64,000 bases of DNA from Eledone cirrhosa (lineage: Eukaryota), in contig OZ024743.1 of assembly GCA_964016885.1 (NCBI GenBank), positions 146,630,001 to 146,694,000 of the forward strand, given 5' to 3'. Of the stretch, positions 60,187 to 64,000 are shown piece by piece; the first letter of the stretch is position 1; every line of letters starts with the position of its first letter. The notes under the pieces are model-generated. The model ran no database searches and had not been told where the DNA came from. It worked only from the letters and a program-made list of their open reading frames with translations. The position numbers and the translations under genes are program-made.

Positions 60187-61012
60187 TATATATATATATA
60201 ATTGTTTCTACTTTTGGCACATATAATGAAGCAGAGACATATGAACTAAAAGTGAAAATGCTGAGTAGTTTAGGTTTAATATATAACTGGGCAGTAGCTC
60301 ATGAGTACATATCCCATTATAGATATTTCCTTATTCTTAGGGAGCAAAGAAACATAAAGATAATCCAACATAAATTTAATGTATGGATAACTATGTTTTA
60401 TTTTTAATCATAGGTATGTTTCTGAAAATGTAAATAAATGTAAATATTGAAATTTGGGCATATGTTTTGCTTTATGCAAAGCTATCCCAACATAAGATTT
60501 AACTATAAAATAGTTGAATAAGTCACTGATACTGAAAAAGTAAACAAAATCCACATGTGAGGTTTGTTTCCTGTGGGCAATTCTGTTCACATCTTTTCAA
60601 TTTCAAGAGGTTATACCCCAAAATTATTCAACTATTTTATAGTTAAAACCTTGTGTAGTGGTAGCTTTGTTTAAAGAAAAAAATATTCCTAAATTTCCTT
60701 CACATTACTTGCTTCATAGACGTTTTCAAATGTAAATAATTTCACTACTCTCTTCATAAACAGGCTGCCTTTGTATGTTTCCCAGCTTATTGGCTGTCCA
60801 CCAAAAGACAAACACCTCTATCCTTCTGACCATGAAAGGAACGTATAGCAAATTGCTATTTATGTCAAGCACAACTCAGAACTTAATTAAAAGGACAACC
60901 CTGATTTGCAATAGTTGGTTATGTAATTGATTAAATAATAAATGACAATGCACTCAATTAAAAAAATGTAGTCATACATACAGTAAACTTTTTAGTATAG
61001 TTTGTGATTTAT

Positions 61013-61136
61013 ATGGTTTGAGTTCAAATCCCGCCGAGGTTAACTTTGCCTTTCATCTTTACGGGATCGATAAAATAAAGTACCAGTAATGTACTGGGAT
61101 AGTTGCTGGCCTTGTGCCAAAAGTAGAAACAATTAT
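61013..61136 (+). mobile_element. SINE family A, 5'-truncated
   Basis: B box to tail. Confidence 0.85.
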
Positions 61137-63044
61137 TTCATTAATCCCATCCTTTTAATGGTTTATTTAAGGGATTAAAAACAGTACCCATGACCATTTG
61201 TTGGACTTCCAAGACTGGGAAGTTAATGGTAGATATAACAACAGGCCTTGTTTCTGATTTACAGAAACAGGACCTGTCGTAGTTCTAAATAGGTATTTAT
61301 TGAGCACTTTGGTTATTATGAGTTATGTTAGATTACTTAGAATGTATTGCATCGTATCTAAATCATGAGTGTGTATGCATCAGGAAGTGTATATACATAT
61401 ATCATCATTTTTATGTTCACTTTTTGATGTGGACTTGGGTTGGATAGAATGTTTTGAGACAATGTTTTACAGTTGGATACCCTTTTAGTTACCTTTTACA
61501 ACACTCATGGATATAATCTGACTATTCTAAAAACTGGGAATCAATTATGGTAATCCAGGTTTGTTGTGCATCAGCCTGGCAAGAAATATATCTCTAGAAT
61601 AGTTTGCCAACAAAAACAGGAGTACAATGTATTGCCCCGTGAAGAAAAAGCAGAGGAATTAACATTTCTGTTAATTATGTCAATAGTATGTAAGTGAGAT
61701 GCAAGCTCCTAGCCTATCTGAGAGGTCAGTAGCCCTGCTTGAAGACAAGCTCTTTTTGTGAAGACATATCCAACCCTTACTAACAGAGAAAATACAGGTT
61801 AAAAGATGATGAAGATGATGATGATGATGATGATGAACTGTCTGAGGTGACAAAAACTGATCTCAATACACTGAATCTTACAAAGGAAATGACGAAGGAA
61901 CCCAACAAGTGGATGGAAGCTGTGCTGGAAGAAGACCCCTCCCCAACCCATGCAAGCATAAAAAGACTAGTCTAAAAGGATGATGCGAGAGAATTTTTTC
62001 TGGTTTTGTTAATTACTATATTAATGTATTTCAATGAGCAATGCAAGTGATAATTAAATTTTTTTGTAACTAAATATTGTCAATGAATCATGCTAATATA
62101 ATGCTAATATATTCAGCACTGACATATTTAGGTGTGCAATGATTCCATGGTGGCAGCCTATCACCGATGAAGCTGCATCAATTGGATGTGTCATTATATT
62201 TCTTTATTAGAGCTGCTAGTGACATTTTCGTGGAATCCCTCACCCCATATTATATATATTTTGAAGAGACACTTAAAGACAGATCTTGCTGTGTCAGCAC
62301 TGACAACACCGTAGAGACGGCTGACATCTGTGAAATAAACAAGTACAAAAACGAAAATGCCAACAACATTTGCAGATATCACTGAGAAAGGGGAAGAAAT
62401 GAACTTACAGAAAATCGAGAAACAAATAAAATGGGAGATGTATTTTGCATGGAAGCAGGCCTTGTTACCTAGAAGGTTTGTCAAGGAGAGACATAGGTTA
62501 ACAATGACAAGTCTCTTCTACTTCAAAGGTAACAAAGTAGGATCCTCATGCTAGTGAAGGGGAACATTTGGCACATTTGGCAAAACGAGGTTTATGGAAT
62601 CTTAAGCCTGATGCTAAAAAACTTGGGTAGGGGGAGGCCAAACAACAGTTCAGCACTCATGCAACACATGCCAACCTATATGTTTTGTGGCCAAGTATAT
62701 AGGGCAAATAACACAAGAGTAACACATGAGGAGATGGACAAAGACATTTATCCATGCTTGATAGTGACCTTCATGAAACCTAAGGAAATGAAACTTGCAC
62801 ACAGAACCTGAAAAAGATATTGGGAAAGTATTCATTGTGTTTAGCATTTTAGTATATTTTTTATTAATTTATCATTTTTTGTTATTATTCAGAATACTAA
62901 ATTTCTCTATGCCATTAATGTTGATATAATAATTTAATATTATAAAACACAACTTTATATTTCAAATATTAACAAAATCACTCATAATAATTCCGAGTCA
63001 ATAAATTACTATACTTCTCATACAGGGGTAAATAACACTTTTGG

Positions 63045-63368
63045 TCATGAATGACCATGAGATTTGCACCTAGAAAATTCCCCTCTGAAGCACAAGTCAG
63101 GGCAAGGTAGTTTGTGGGTGGAGGATTAGCAGATGCTCATGCATACCAGTCTCCCTGCTCCATGCGACCAATGTTGTCCAAGGGAAAGGCAATGGCTGAT
63201 ACAGCTTGGCACCAGTGACATTGCAACTCACTTCTACAGCTGAGTAAACTGGAGCAATGTAAAATAAAATGTCTTGCTCAAGGACACAATGCATCACCCA
63301 GTTCAGGAATCAAATTCACGTCATGATTGCAAACCCAACACTCTAACTACTAAGCCATGCACATTCAC
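63045..63368 (-). mobile_element. tRNA/CORE-type SINE (family B head)
   Basis: Reverse complement catggcttagtagttagagtg...tgtgtccttgagcaagaca..ttttacattgctccagtttactcagctg; head-to-head with the 63417 copy. Confidence 0.7.
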
Positions 63369-63416
63369 TTCTTATATAACCCGAGTTATTATTTGTAATT
63401 TGTATTACATATTTCT

Positions 63417-63760
63417 GGAGGCACATGGCTTAGTGGTTAGAGCATTGGCTTTGCAATCGAAAGGTTGTGAGTTTAATTCTCAGACCGGGTGATGTGTTGT
63501 TTCCTTGAGCAAGACACTGTATTTCACATTGCTCCAGTTTACTCAGCTGTAGAAATGAGATGATAGGGACTGGCGTCCCTATCATTCCACTGCAAAGTGG
63601 TTGTGGAGGTGCCACAGCAAAAAAGCACCCAGCACTCACTGTAAATGAAGTTGGTGTTAGGAAGGGCATCCAGCTGTAGAATTCAAGCCAGAATCAGTTC
63701 CTGTCCCACCCTTGCAAGCAGGGAAAAAGCGGACGTAAAATGAAATGATGATTTCTGATG
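63417..63760 (+). mobile_element. Chimeric SINE: tRNA/CORE head + RTE-A 3'UTR body + RTE-B terminal hairpin
   Basis: tggcttagtgg A box; ccttgagcaagacac; gtggaggtgccacagcaaaaaagcacccag...gggcatccagctgtaga; gtcccacccttgcaagcaggga...gacgtaaaatga. Confidence 0.7.
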
Positions 63761-63960
63761 ATGATTTCTGATGATAAAATTTATCTCTATCACACATTTT
63801 TATATTAGAAGGTTTGTATTTTGAATTTTTAATAGTATTTCTGAATTCAATTTTACATAAGTATTCTTTTGTACTGATGATAGTGATGATGACCTTTTTA
63901 TGCTTTTACTAATTATTCAACTAGCTAGGACAAAAAGTCTTTTTGTTTGTTTCTTATATA

Positions 63961-64000
63961 TGTTTCTTTATTAGCCACAGGGACACAAAAGAAGGGGACA
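63961..64000 (-). mobile_element. Probable 3' terminus of another L1/Tx1-like element, running off the window
   Basis: tgtttctttattagccacaggg resembles tgctttctttgttaaccacaaggg at 26665-26688. Confidence 0.45.

Noticed and set aside
62167-62811. Short ORFs with faint RTE C-terminal flavour; likewise 33750-34560 and 42780-43190
   Set aside because: Probably very old LINE debris, but motifs are too weak to assign without a search.

Overview
AT-rich, gene-poor eukaryotic DNA made almost entirely of microsatellites and transposable elements. The SINE/RTE repertoire looks like a coleoid cephalopod such as Octopus (inference). No host protein-coding exon is supportable. Contents: six large RTE-clade LINE copies from three subfamilies, all with a PHD-type C4HC3 finger (intact or degenerate) embedded just after the RT core; three R4/Dong-like RLE retrotransposon pieces, one nearly intact and sitting in (CATA)n; an L1/Tx1-like 3' fragment; a decayed Helitron helicase; hAT- and piggyBac-type MITEs; about 18 copies of one tRNA-derived SINE, several with clean TSDs, plus other SINEs; and a 10-unit CA-rich minisatellite. 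The most interesting signal is not in the ORF track. Two non-coding fold-back elements (52739-53662, 56712-57250) sit in (TA)n tracts. Each carries a minimal type I hammerhead ribozyme motif and an asymmetric ~55-bp tail, the architecture of Penelope-like pseudo-LTRs. Several more decayed hammerhead-like motifs are scattered through the window. Coordinates were read by eye and are approximate to a few bases.
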